A stretch of 63,793 bases of DNA, filler included, from Kipferlia bialata (lineage: Eukaryota): NCBI GenBank assembly GCA_003568945.1. It is 7 parts of 7 records of this genome, joined end to end, with 100 filler letters (N's around TTAATTAATTAA, not from the genome) between each part and the next. Parts side by side here need not be neighbours in the genome. Positions count along the whole stretch, not along the records: positions 50,303 to 60,245 come from BDIP01001530.1; positions 60,346 to 63,793 come from BDIP01001542.1; 5 more parts are not named here. The stretch is one strand, 5' to 3'. Shown here in pieces: positions 50,394 to 63,281 of the stretch. A program made the translations under genes and the position numbers. The notes beneath the pieces were generated by a model, which ran no database searches, had not been told where the DNA came from, and worked only from the letters and a program-made list of their open reading frames with translations. Within the stretch, counting starts at the first letter, position 1, and every line of letters begins with the position of its first letter.

Positions 50394-51209
50394 ATGTCTT
50401 GGGTAGTTGGTCTAGCCCGTTGGCTGGTGGATATACATGCTGTGCCAGGACGTCAGCGTTATAACGCTAGTTGGGGTTTCCACAACTGCATATGCCTTGT
50501 TGGTCAGCTGGTGGCACGATCTATGTCACTTGTGAGAGACCTGATACAACTAGAGAGTACACAGACGCAACTCATCACTGGTCTGACCACTGAGTGCTCT
50601 TCTTGGCTGACAGAGTATGTGCTAACTGGACAGGGACCATTGGGTAGGGCAAGTCACAGTGTGAACGACGAAGAGTATAACAGAAAGAGCTCCTTGCATG
50701 CGCATCTCTCTTCCATGAGAGATATTGGTTTCCGTGTGTACTACAGAGATGCTGAGGGAAAGTGCACCCTCTGGACCGGAGACCACGACCCGTGTGGATG
50801 GTGGCATATACCGTATCCAGTTGTGCAAGCTTTACAAGTGACTGACTCGACTGTGCTTCCGGAGCACTGCCCTGGTATGTACATTACTACACCTGGTCTC
50901 TCCTCTCCCTTGTGGTCCCACCACTGGGCCTGTACTGGGACGAACCAGACAACACGACTGACAGAGCAATACACATCCTTCTTTGCAAGTGCAGAGAGAG
51001 TGCATCACCGCACTCTGCACCTGGTGTCACAGACCGCCCTGGTCAATGGTCAAGTGGTGATTGTGAAGGGACGTGACCCCCTTAAGGTCCTGTTTTGCAG
51101 TGTGGTCGACCTAGATACACACGGTCTACCTGACTGCTTGTACGGTTCTGCAGCTGACATTGTAGTTGCCTATGACACTGCCAAGGCGTGTCAACAGACT
51201 ATTGTTTGA
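50394..51209 (+). CDS. Hypothetical 271-aa protein, apparently intronless
   Basis: Uninterrupted, non-repetitive ORF from ATG to TGA; no recognisable family. Confidence 0.6.
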   Translation: MSWVVGLARWLVDIHAVPGRQRYNASWGFHNCICLVGQLVARSMSLVRDLIQLESTQTQLITGLTTECSSWLTEYVLTGQGPLGRASHSVNDEEYNRKSSLHAHLSSMRDIGFRVYYRDAEGKCTLWTGDHDPCGWWHIPYPVVQALQVTDSTVLPEHCPGMYITTPGLSSPLWSHHWACTGTNQTTRLTEQYTSFFASAERVHHRTLHLVSQTALVNGQVVIVKGRDPLKVLFCSVVDLDTHGLPDCLYGSAADIVVAYDTAKACQQTIV

Positions 51210-51909
51210 CTCAAGAGATAGTTTCAGTAGTGTCCCCTACGACAATCTCATAGTTTAGTTACTCTGGCATATTAAGCATTGTAGCTGCGTTCCCACAGGC
51301 TGGGTGGCCTTGCAACGTAGATATATAGTCATATTCGTCTTTAGGTGGCTACAAAGTATGTGATAAAGACACTTCCTGTACACCCTGTGAAAACCTGGCC
51401 TCAAACCTATCAGATCTAGTGGTCAGACAACATATTTAGTTTACATAATGGTCGGCACTAGCAATCTTGTTTTGGTGCTGTCATCAATGAACGAATACCA
51501 TCCTGCATTGACAACAGGGCAAGTAGTATATTACTTTCAATATGAATATGTGAAAGTACTGAGTCTACTACTACTGAGTTAGTAGTACTGACTGTGATGA
51601 TTCACAATTTAGTAATCACTACTCTTTAAGTACATTGGAGTATTCATCCAAATGTTGTAGACTACAACTTATAGGTGACATCACTCATGAAATAGTATCA
51701 AGAGTGCCCTCAGGGACTTCGGGGATAAGCTTCAAGAGACAGATCTGATAATCAACGTCATATCCTGTCAATGGACTCTCGTTCGTCTGTAGGTAGCAAC
51801 AAACACTCCCTGTTACCTTTACAGTGTCTGTACTCACTCCTACCTCCTACAAGACCCAGTGGTCTGACTATGCCTCTATTCTGATATCCCTTCACGTACG
51901 CTATTCTCA

Positions 51910-54900
51910 TCACATAACACAACAGCAAGACTGAGTTGACTCTGCAGGATCAGCGTACTCATATGACTCGTCACAGCACTGAGCATAGTCAACCACCTCA
52001 AGACCAGGGAGCGCCTTTGCCTTAATGGCTCTGAGGCCACTCTTGGAGATGATGTTGCAGTGCAGGTCCAGCTGTGTTAGGGAGTGGTCATGTTCTGAAC
52101 CATGGGTGACCGAGTATTGACATGAGAGATTACAGTGCCACTAAATATATAATGTGTTGGGAGGAACTCGTCCAAGTATCCCTGTCCTATCGTTGTACCT
52201 TCTCCAGTGCTGGCAGGTGAGGCAGTGCAGCAGCAATGACCTTGGCAGCGGGCGCACGTAGTCCGCATATACAGAGCTCCAGCTGGTATGAGGTATACAC
52301 AATATACGAGCAGTATAGTATCTCAAGTAGAGATTCTACTAGCCATACCGTCTTCAATGCTGGCAAGTGGTGCAGTTGGTTACCAATGGCCATACCACCT
52401 GCAGAGCCAATGGGACTGGCACCCAAGGAAAGCTGGGGTCAGTGGGTATGTGTTCACAAACACAGATACATGTACATACAGGACGGCCACTTTCTTGGTA
52501 ATGTCAGTGATGTACAAACACACTCTTTTGCTATTTCCGGATACAGCTATAACAGCAGACTTACATAGGTCAAGTGTGTGAGGGAGGGAAGTGACTCTGC
52601 TACCGCTATTGCTGCATCAGGTCCCATCTTGTTCAGAACCAAGTCCAACTGGGTGAGAAATTTGCAGAGAAAGGAATACGTTATCTTGGACCAGGTATAT
52701 ACCTGTATATTATATACACTGTATATTATACAGGCTGTATATATACAATACTTTGTAGTCGAGGTATGCCCCATCAGTCATTGCGTACCGTGGTGAGCAG
52801 CGGCAGGTTGGTTAGTGCACGGCCAATCGCAACTCCACCGTTGCCAAGGAGGTTGTTGCCAAGGTCCAGCTACAGTGAGGGAATAATGGAGATGCAAGAA
52901 ACTGTCATGTACCACCACAACCATAACTGTGTGGACTATATACTAGTCATCACTGATTAGGAACTAGTCGTCGCTTACTTCTGCCGAGTCGACAGTGCCA
53001 ACACTATGAAGATATCTTACATTGGTGAGGAGTGTCATTGTCTGAAGGGACTCAGCGAGTGCCCTTCCCGCTTGATGTCCAAGCATGTTGTCGGACAGGA
53101 TGAGCTGGGGTTAGGGTGTATTAGGGCTTGAAACACATCTGTATACACCACAACATCCTTGATATTAATACCTTGTCTAGCTTGGGATGATTTGCGAGAG
53201 ACCTCGCAACTTCCAGTCCAGCGAAGGGTTGTTGTGAGTCGCTAACAACTGCTATTAGGTAATCTGATAATGGATCGCGACTATGACTGGCATAATGTGA
53301 TTCTGAAATATGGTATCACGAGTCGTGATTCATACGTGATTCACGATTGTGTAAATGTATCAATTACATATATACACATACCATTTCTAGATTTGGAAGG
53401 CGGGCCAGGGCAGTTGCTAGGGATGCCCCTCCCTCGTGTCCAAGACTGCACGAACATAGGGCAAGCTGGTATAAGACGCATCATGATTATGATACATATA
53501 CCTGTTGCAGCCTCTCGAGTGAGTATAATTTGGAATAGTAGTCTAATTACTCATGTATAACAAATACTATCACTACTGAAGAGTCAAACCTGTTGCAACC
53601 TCTCCGGTAGGACTGGCCCGATAGCACTCAACCCCTCTGGTCCAATGGGGCTGCCGTTCAGGCTGAACTGGAGGTGAGGGTAGTACGGTACTAGTAGTGC
53701 CCTTACACAGAAACTCTTAAAGTAGAATAGAGGAGTCTTGAATGTCACGACAGCAGTAGAAAGATGTCACGATGTTAAGTGGTCGTCACTTGGACTGATA
53801 TACATATTGTGGGAGACTACTGCACTTATGGCCAAATCCCATACCTTGATGAGCTTTGGTAGCTGTGGAATTGCCACTGCAAGTGCCACAGCACCAGTCT
53901 CTCCAATGTTATTGCCCTGTGACCGTGATGTGGTGGGCACTGTCTGACCAAGGGCCAGCTGTCTTTAGCCGGACATTATGCTACTGATACCTACCGAATT
54001 TATATAGACCTACTGGAGGTGAAGGGTATATACACCACACACAAGCCCTTCAGGAGGCAATAGAAATTCATCTACTCACCAACTCTAGGTCCTTGAGCAG
54101 CGGTAGGGTCTTAGCAAGGGCCACTGCACCCTCATCTCCTATTAATGTGCCTCTGAGACATAGCTGGGGGTTGGTACGTAGTTGTTAGCATACCTTACCC
54201 TGCTCATTGATCCATTATGGACATATATATGTGTCACATAAATACACACATGTGCATGTGCCTATATACTATATGTACAATTGTGTGTGACATATACCTT
54301 CTTGAGCTGAGGCATCTGGTCGAGTACAGCCACTGCCTTTCCACCCTCTGGACCGATGTTGACACCGTTGACCTCGAGCTGGGATAAGAATCTCATCATG
54401 AGATGCATTAACGAAGAATTGATATGCAGGTACACTACCACACAACAATGGAATAGCCATAATGCCAACGAATATTGTGTTTACCTCTGTTCCCTTCTGC
54501 CATATGACTCTCTGCACTGTGTGGAACCAGCTGAACCTGGCCCTGTACCCCTCCATCATCACCTGAGGGGTGAAAGACATGCATATTGGACCATTATAGT
54601 GCGAAACAGTAAAGAGGCAGACAAAGTGGCATGTATATATGCACACATACACTAATGTACATATTGATATTTACATATTCATATGTATGTGGGTGAGAGC
54701 CTACCTTTCTCTCCTTCAGTGCCGCGGCCTCCCTCGCTATTCTCTCAGTGTTCTCCTTCCCTCTCTGTATCTCTTCCTGGAGGTTGTCGAGGCTCTCCTC
54801 ACACAGGTCTGGACAGTACAGGAGTTCACCTTCTGCAGAGGAGAGCGCGTCCTTGTGTGAGATGTCAATCAAGTAAATATGATATATCCATGTGAAGAAG

Positions 54901-55858
54901 GGAAATGATAGAGTACTATGTTTGCTCATTAGATGCAGAAGCCTCCTGCCAGAAGGCGTTGTTGTAAGAAATCAGTTCTAGTGTGACCTATCACGCATTT
55001 ATATTGACGTTCACTCCCAATGAAATAGTGGGAAAGAGAGACTCAAGACTAAGAGAGAGAAGGGGGGGGGGGGGACAATATTTATGAGATATGTGGCTCT
55101 CTCCTTCTGTAAGAGAGTATTTACATAATCTCAGAGACAGAGACCCGAAACATTTTATGACTTTGCGTCTTTTGATTTACAAACACCTAGTGTATGATAT
55201 ACACTATACACATACCTCCATATATGACAGGTGGGATCCTGTGTACAGGTACTTGTCATGCCGGGCAGATATCCACTCATCCAACACGCCTTCGAGGTTG
55301 CCATGCTCGTATTGCATGGCTGCTAGGAGCTGGGGGTGAGGCAGAGAGAAATAGAGAGAGGGAGATGGAAGCGTGTAGGGCCTACACGCATTGACACGTA
55401 TAATATCCTAGTAGTATAATACCACTATATATCATTCAACAGCCTACCCGTGCGATGTCCAGCATGTGTGGCCTGACCACAAGCTCAATCTGCGCCCACA
55501 GCCTGTCCCTCTCCGTGCTCTCTCTCAGCACCCCTTGAACCAGCCCCAGCAGACCATCCATCACACCATCCTCAGCACACTCTCCGAGAGACATACACAA
55601 CACCTCCACGACATGGTCTTCTAGTACCGAGATACCACCCTCGCCCAGTGCCTCTGCCACTGTATATGCCAAGGGTAGGACGGCATCGACGACAGATAAC
55701 ACATCCCGATCTGTGGCCAGAGCTACAGCAACCGGCACTGCCACACTGTATCTATCTACACTAGCCATATTCACCAACCTATCCAGGCACCCGATCCGCG
55801 AGATGTCACCATCATCCCTTCCGGGCATTGTCTGTGTGGAGAAGAAGGCAGTCTGCAT
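51910..55858 (-). CDS. RNI-like leucine-rich-repeat protein with helical/coiled N-terminus and C-terminal CCCVM (CaaX)
   Basis: About 12 repeats of LxLxxNxIGxxGxxAxAxxLxxLxxL. 84-nt phase-0 exons at 52199-52282, 52349-52432, 52565-52648 and 53021-53104. Last exon 51910-52071 ends STQSCCCVM*. Confidence 0.85.
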
Positions 55859-55993
55859 ACAGAGAAGCGTGTATTGGTTGCGTGTAGGGCTGTATACCCC
55901 TATTTTTGCAAGAGCTCTTTTTGAAGATAAGGGTTGATATCACTGTTGAGTCGGCTACACGCTCTACCTAGCTACAACATATTTGTACCGTGT

Positions 55994-56793
55994 ATGGGTT
56001 CCGCAGCATCGAGAACGAGGGATCCAGAGGTTAGTGTACAGCAGGGGTGTATAACTGTTCCATGCATCACATTGTCTTGCCGCATCACTACTATGTCACA
56101 TAGTACTATGTGGCATGGTTGTATGTGACATACAGTGTATGTCCTCGATATCTCTACTGACCACAGCCGATGGACTGCCTGGAGTACCACGTATGCCTGA
56201 CTATCCAGCTGTGCCTGATGGTAGAGAGGGCCCTGCAGCGAGATATGGCTGCCGTTTTGAAGATGGGGCTGACGCTGGCGTTGATGGCCTTCATCCCATT
56301 CACGATTCTTCCCTTCTACATAGCGAGGGAAGTATGGAAGGACAGGGTGATCATGGACTTCTCGGATAGGGTGGTCTTGTACATATATGCATCCATACTT
56401 GGCTGTATCCCATTGACACTTGTCTATTTCTGCCCCAGGTGGGCTCTCCTTATGGTGGGTAGAGCAGTGGCTGTGGGACTGGTTCTCAACATCCAATCTC
56501 TACTCTCTGTATTGTCCACCAAGACGGGCATTCCCTACTTTAAGAGAGTTAGAGGGGTTGTGCAGCTCCTGCGTCAGAACCACCTGAGTATGAGTAAGGA
56601 CATTAAGACGATGGTGGAGAGTGGTGTGTTTGTGATCATCTTCAACCAGGTTCTGTACGGAGACACCTTTATTGTATGTGGTATGTGCATGGGTATCATT
56701 CTAGCGCTGGGTGTGGCGGCTGCATTCGTGGACATTGGAAAGAGAGATACGGTAGTGGATGGTGTGAAGCAGAGTAAGAGCGTGTCAGAATAG
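55994..56793 (+). CDS. Hypothetical multi-pass membrane protein, N-terminus MGSAAS (myristoylation-like)
   Basis: Exon 55994-56029, intron gttagt..ctgaccacag, exon 56167-56793 in frame; several hydrophobic helices; head-to-head with the LRR gene about 135 bp away. Confidence 0.7.
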
Positions 56794-57104
56794 AGAGAGA
56801 GATTTGTGCTGGTGTAGCATCAGTACCTTTGAATGCATATGGCTTAGTACTGAGTGTGTCAGACTTAACACCCAGCTTCTTTTCAAAGAAATATATCACG
56901 GCACTAACCAACGTCAATATATATAGTGTATATACATTTTATTGACCATTCATCGACTTGGTCTCAATCCATACTCACAATAGTAGACATTCAACACGGG
57001 AGAGAGAAACAGAGACATGGACTACACTCGCATAGTGTCTGTCTCTCTCTCACGTAGTGTCTCACGCTCGCGATGTCACACACGTACACACGTACACACA
57101 CACC

Positions 57105-60100
57105 TCACAGCAGATGCGTGAGGTCAAACACCCCAACCATACCATCAGTGTAGTCAGTCCCTGCATCGTGTAGAGTGGGCAGACCACTGAGGAGGGTGTT
57201 GCCAGATATGTCAGCCCAGGCGCCTGGAGGTGAGGAATTAGGATACACACTCACATATATATAGTCCAGATTCCTCCACTCAATTGAATAGTTGAGGAAT
57301 GAATGATTGATTGATTGGTTGATCCTACCTAGGCTAGTGTTCCAGTATGCCCGATCGTAGTCGACAAGAGAGTACTGCCCAGTCACTGAGTCCCTTTGGT
57401 AGATGTACTGAACAGTGCTATAGTCAGCACCGACAGCTAGGAGCTTGCCCTGAGGTAAGAGGGGAGTTGAGAAAGAGACTTAGGATAGATGTAGTGTTTC
57501 AGTGTAGAGAGAATTATTAGAAGTGATAACGCATCACCTCGCCTCCCACAATTGGCAGTCAGCAATAGATAGAGACTTGGAATATACTATTATAATATAT
57601 GAGTCAGTCGAGACAGAGAGAGAAGAAGAGAGAGCCCACCTCGTCATCTTCTGTAAACACAATCGAGACGCCGAAGTATCCCCAGTCGTCTTCTTGGAAC
57701 TTGCCAGTGAGTGTCTGAGACAGCTCGAACTGTCCACTGGGTCAGAAGAGTGTCAAACAGATGCATATAGACACACTGCCATACAAATATACTATTATAT
57801 CATACATATGGTACCACCCACCTCTCTCCGAGGTCTGACCAGATCTGTACAGAGCCCTGACGATAGTCTCCTAACTGTGAACGATAAGAGGCGGCAGAAG
57901 GGGAAGCAAACAACAATGACATATGTAATATTCACCATTGTAATTGCAATCCTCCGTCATGTATTTGTATACTCTGTGTTATCTTAGTATGCAAGTACTC
58001 ACCATCCCTATAGCACCCTGCTGCTATGGTGTGGCCGTCATGGGAGATGGCAACCTTGATGTCGCTGGAATAGTATCTAGCTGGTGTTGGTAGCAATGCC
58101 CATGTATACGTGTATCTATACATAATATCGAAGTAAGGTTGAAGCTGTTGCAGTTCTTAATCTAGCTGGTGTTAGTAGCAATGCCTATATATATATACAT
58201 AAATACATCCAAATACATATATATATATATTTATATATGTATTTTTATATGGGAGATGGTAAATTTGGTGTTGCTGGAATAGGGGGTAGCTGGCGTTGCG
58301 AGGGAGACATAATGTATCTCTAGAGATAGTAGTGGCGTTTGTCGACCTACACGTACTAATTGGTGGGTTGTTCTCTCTACTAATCTACAAATAGCTGATG
58401 TAGTGAATGGGTTGAGTATATGATTTGTCTACTCTTCGGGATGATACCCTGAAGTACTATACCACAATAGTCTACGGTACCTGAGATTGCCTGGACGTGG
58501 GACCATACACGGCCACCTGATGACTCGTCACACTCAAAGACATTGACCTGACCCCTGGGTGAGTGAGGGGGTAGAAGTATGACATATACACACACACACA
58601 TATATATAACTATAACTGGTAGAGAGAGAGATTGTCACACTCGAACACATTGACCCGACCCCTGGGTGAATCGGATACAGTGTCAGAGAAGGGAGATATG
58701 GTAGAGGGACGTACCAGTCTGTGGACCCAGTTACTACTCTGGAGCCATTCCCGGCAATGGCGACCCACCGACCGTCTCCGTTCTAGGGTAAGGGACAAAA
58801 CACAGGTTAGAGAGACAGAGACTGACAGTAGATATAAAAATGTACTTAGATGTCCACCTAGCTACAAATTGCTATACATAAACCCATGTACATACACATG
58901 CATACACGTATATATGTATCTCTTACCGAGTAAGAAGGGTCGTTTTTGTACTGGGGTGGGACCAGGGTGGCCTCCCTGACGTAGCCGTTAGAGCCATCGA
59001 GTCTGGAGGTAGATAGGGTTCAATGTAAGAGGCCAAAGAGTATCGATCCAGTCTTCATCTCTATCTCAACATCCGTACTATCTATATCTCTGTGTTGATA
59101 TTGATCCTAGGTTGTCTCGAGGATAACTAGTATGATGCGTAGACATAGCGGAATGTACCTGTATACGTCTGCATGTCCATGTTGATTGCTATAGTATATA
59201 CTATGGGTACTATATACTAATAGCGAGTGGGGGTTCTGGTATATATAGTACCTGTATACATCTGCCTGTCCGTGCTGATAGCCTGCCTGGCACCACCCAA
59301 GAACAAGGAGACCCGCTGGACATGAGGGGGTATACTGATACTGAATACTATACAGAGTGCATAGTGCATGTGAATAGACATCAGTATATCAATACCTGTA
59401 GGTGGACAAGTCAGTGTGAAGAATGGGACAATAATTCATACATATACACATCTCAGGAGGACTCACCATCCATGGCAACACTGACGAAATCAAAACTGCT
59501 GTAAGGGCTGAGCTTCTTCATCAGTACCCACTCGTCACCATTCTGGCATTAGTTACTAATGATGAGTAAGTGTGGTTAGTATCATTAGTATGGAAGGAAA
59601 GAGAAAGAGAGAGGGAGTACCCAATCATCACCACTCTGGCATAAAAGGGGTGGGAGAGAGAAACAGAGAGACCCTCGCTCTGAGTGTGTGTGAGAGATAT
59701 GCCTGTACCTGCCGGTTGTAGAGGTTGAGCACAGTGTTCTGCCGGCCATCCTTGTTAAGGGAGTCCATAACCACCCAGTCCCCATCTGGGGTTGGGAGGG
59801 TAGGGTAGAGATTGCCAATAATATATAGGGATGGATATCATGGCGAGAGACAGTCTTAGGTAGTGCATATGTATACAGCAGCCCATAAACCCATTGCAGA
59901 GCGTACCGATAGCAGCTGTGTAGCCACAGTTCTCCAGACGAGAGTCGTGCTCAAGCTCACACTCCAGCTGGAGATGAGAGGGAGAGAGAGAGGGGAGAGA
60001 GAGAGAGAGAGAAATGTGGGGAGGGGGGGAAAGTGGCGAAATTGTCACTATAACATGGATTGGGATTGATGAGGATATGTGTCGCACCTCAAACACACCA

Positions 60101-60245
60101 CTGGATCCTCGGTGGTACATGTAGCCTGCTCCTAGGGTTGGGGGAGGGGAGAGAGAGGAAGAGGGTCAACGATATATGCACACATCATCTTACCCTCGAG
60201 TCCGTTGGCGTAGATGCCAGTGATCACAGCCCAGTCCCCACTGAT
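57105..60245 (-). CDS. FG-GAP-repeat-like beta-propeller protein, 5' truncated
   Basis: Spliced motifs GYTAAIDGDWVV, VSVAMD..LVLG..GQADVY, VAISHDGHTIAAG..GSVQIW, YFGVSIVF..GKLLAVGA and ADISGNTLLSG..GMVGVFDL*. Confidence 0.65.
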
Positions 60246-60345
60246 NNNNNNNNNNNNNNNNNNNNNNNNNNNNNNNNNNNNNNNNNNNNTTAATTAATTA
60301 ANNNNNNNNNNNNNNNNNNNNNNNNNNNNNNNNNNNNNNNNNNNN
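60246..60345. other. Artificial scaffold-joining spacer
   Basis: N block with TTAATTAATTAA. Confidence 0.97.
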
Positions 60346-60622
60346 TTGGTACTATATACCCACATCTATACCCACACACACATACACACACACACACACA
60401 TTCACACCTTCCCTCTATCTTTCCCTCTCTATTTCTCCTGTTCTTGTAGCATATATCACTGGTTATGTCCTGCTGTCCTTTCCCCTACCCCTTCTGTGCG
60501 TATTGCACTGACACGCATCAGTGTCTCTCAGTGAGAGTCTCACCCCACTGTTTCTTTCCACTCACCTCTGTCTCTCTCTACTCGCCTCTGTCTCACACCG
60601 TCTCTCTCTCTCTCCCCCTCAG

Positions 60623-60658
<36 letters not shown>

Positions 60659-60697
60659 CCCTCTGTCTATATATATGTGTGTATTCCCTTACACCAG

Positions 60698-61663
60698 GCA
60701 AGCCAGTCACTGTGTCAGAGTATGTGCCCCCAGACTATGAGCAGGTATATGTATATGACACCGTAGCATATTTGTTATTACACACATACACACACACGCA
60801 TATACATAGGTATATACTAAGTTAATGTGTCAGAGTATGTGCCCCCAGACTATGAGCAGGTATATATAACTGTGTATTGATCTGATTAACATCCATACAC
60901 ACATGCACACACATGTTTATGTATATATGTATATACTATGTTAAGTGGCAGAGTATGTGCCCCCAGGCTATGAGCAGGTATTGTTAATGTGATCATTAGG
61001 TTACTTTCATGATTGTTAATAATATATGTATTCTATCTCACTACAGGACTCCCTTGTCGAGTATGAGGTGTTCTCAATGTATATTTGTATATATTAGTAT
61101 TTGTGAAGCAGTATATATTAACATATCTATGTATACTCTATCTCACTATAGGACTCCCTTGTCGAGTATGAGGTGTTCTTCAGGAACAGAATAGGCCTCA
61201 AGGTACCATACTAAGTGCATGCATACATATACACTGTTAATATATGATATATATATGTATATATATATATGAGATGTATGCGATACTCAATATACACGCT
61301 ATGTCTATATATTTTCTTCAGGAACAGAATAGGCCTCAAGGTGTGATACATGTCTTACATCTTGCTCCCTTGCTAGTTCCTTAATTATTGTTTTATTATT
61401 CAGTTTCATTGTACATATATCTCTTTTTCTGTTAATCTCCAGGTCCTGAGACTGATGGTGCTGGACTTTGACAGCTACAAGATCAGGTGTGATTACTGTG
61501 CTGATGTGGGTCACCGATATTGAGAAACTTACACATATATTACTGTTACGATTTCGGTACTATTCTCATATTACTAATTGCCTTCACCTCTCTCTCTCTC
61601 TCTCCCCCCCCTGGCTACACCCTTAATACTATAATCCTTGACCTCGAGGAGAAGTACGTCCAG

Positions 61664-61699
<36 letters not shown>

Positions 61700-63104
61700 C
61701 GTGGCTACACCCTTATTACTAGGATTCTTGACCTTGAGGAGAAGGACATCCTGGTGACACTGCACGTCAAGAACATAGAGAGGGCCATTAGGTATGGATA
61801 CACTTTTACGTATGTGGGAATTCCAAGGGCTCTTTAGTGTGTATATACATTGCTTACTAGTCTTCTACGTACTATCCACATGTGTTTGGGGGGCCAATAC
61901 ATAACATTATTGACCCGATGTATATGTGTAGAGTAGACACATGATTATTTACCTATACGTATGGTGTGATATAGATATTGACCCTGACCCCCAGGTCCCG
62001 GAATGTCATCACCCAGATCACAATGGCCACAAAGGTATGATATATATATATAATGAATGAATATATAGATAATGAATATATATAATAAATACACACATAT
62101 ATATATAAACATGATTCTTACATAATCTCTGTATGGAAGAATAATAGCATACTTCAATTCCAATAATGTCATCACCAGATCACAATGGCCACAAAGGTAT
62201 ATTAAATACATTTACCTACATGTTTTGGAATAGACTCATCTATATATGTATATACTAATACATATATGTTACTGTATCTAACTATCTATGTATCTATATA
62301 TGTACTAATATACATATATACTGACATTCCAGGGCATCAAGAGAGAGGCCTACAAGGTGTGGCTCCCAGAGGCACCGGAGGGAGAGGTATGTATGTATAT
62401 ACATACATACATGTATATATTGTAGTATGGGTGTATGTTTAGTATATACATCTATGCATACTCTTCAAGGTGTGGCTCCCAGAGGCAACAGAGGGGGAGG
62501 TATGTATATATATGTATACAGTATTGATTATGCATATATATATATAACTATTTGTGATTATATACACTCTGAGTATACCCAAGGGAGAGGTACGTATACA
62601 TATGAATGTATTTATATATGTATATATATTACGGTTACATATGAGTATATTATATACTCTTACACGTATATGAATATGTACATTATGTCCCTTAATACCA
62701 GGCCGACCCCCTGCACAGTGACCCCAGGGAGAGGGTCAAGGGGCTCATATCAAACATCAACGGTATGTACATAGGGACATATATACATATATATATATAG
62801 AGAGAGAGGGTCAAGGGGCTCATATCAAACATCAACGGTATGATGGTGTGTGTATATATATGTATGGAGAGAGAGAGACAGAGAGGAGGGAGACTGTCAA
62901 GGGCTCATATCAAACGGTATGTATATAGGGACACATATTAATATATATATATATATATATATATCCTTACATGCCAGGTATGATCGATGCCTGGGCAGAG
63001 AGGGAGAGAGTGAGACTGGGGAAGAAGTGATGGGGTGTAGGTGTATGTGTTCGAAAGAGGCAGAGAGAATAGATTTCGCAGGCTATGAGCATACTGAGGA
63101 CTGA
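60698..63104 (+). CDS. Hypothetical protein, 3' part, about 8 short exons
   Basis: KPVTVSEYVPPDYEQ|DSLVEYEVFFRNRIGLK|VLRLMVLDFDSYKI|ILDLEEKDILVTLHVKNIERAI|SRNVITQITMATK|GIKREAYKVWLPEAPEGE|ADPLHSDPRERVKGLISNIN|GMIDAWAE..HTED*. Confidence 0.6.
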
Positions 63105-63255
63105 CACTAAGCTGTGAAATATGAGCGATAGTTAGTATGAATACTACTAGGCCCTATTGAGATACTGGACCTTGAAAAATACAAGCCGAATGTGGCTACT
63201 GACTATATGTGTATATCGATAAGCGACAACTAGTGGACCTGCTCCACACCCCATA

Positions 63256-63281
63256 GGTTGCGGGTTCGAATCCCGTAACCA
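63256..63281 (+). other. Isolated tRNA T-loop/B-box hairpin
   Basis: GGTTGCGGG-TTCGAAT-CCCGTAACC-A: 9-bp stem with one G-U pair and a canonical T-loop; no D arm or acceptor partner found. Confidence 0.4.

Noticed and set aside
9970..60345. TTAATTAATTAA inside N blocks every ~10 kb
   Set aside because: Artificial six-frame-stop linker. Scaffold lengths fall monotonically (9968, 9965, 9952, 9948, 9943), so the genes are not a real cluster.
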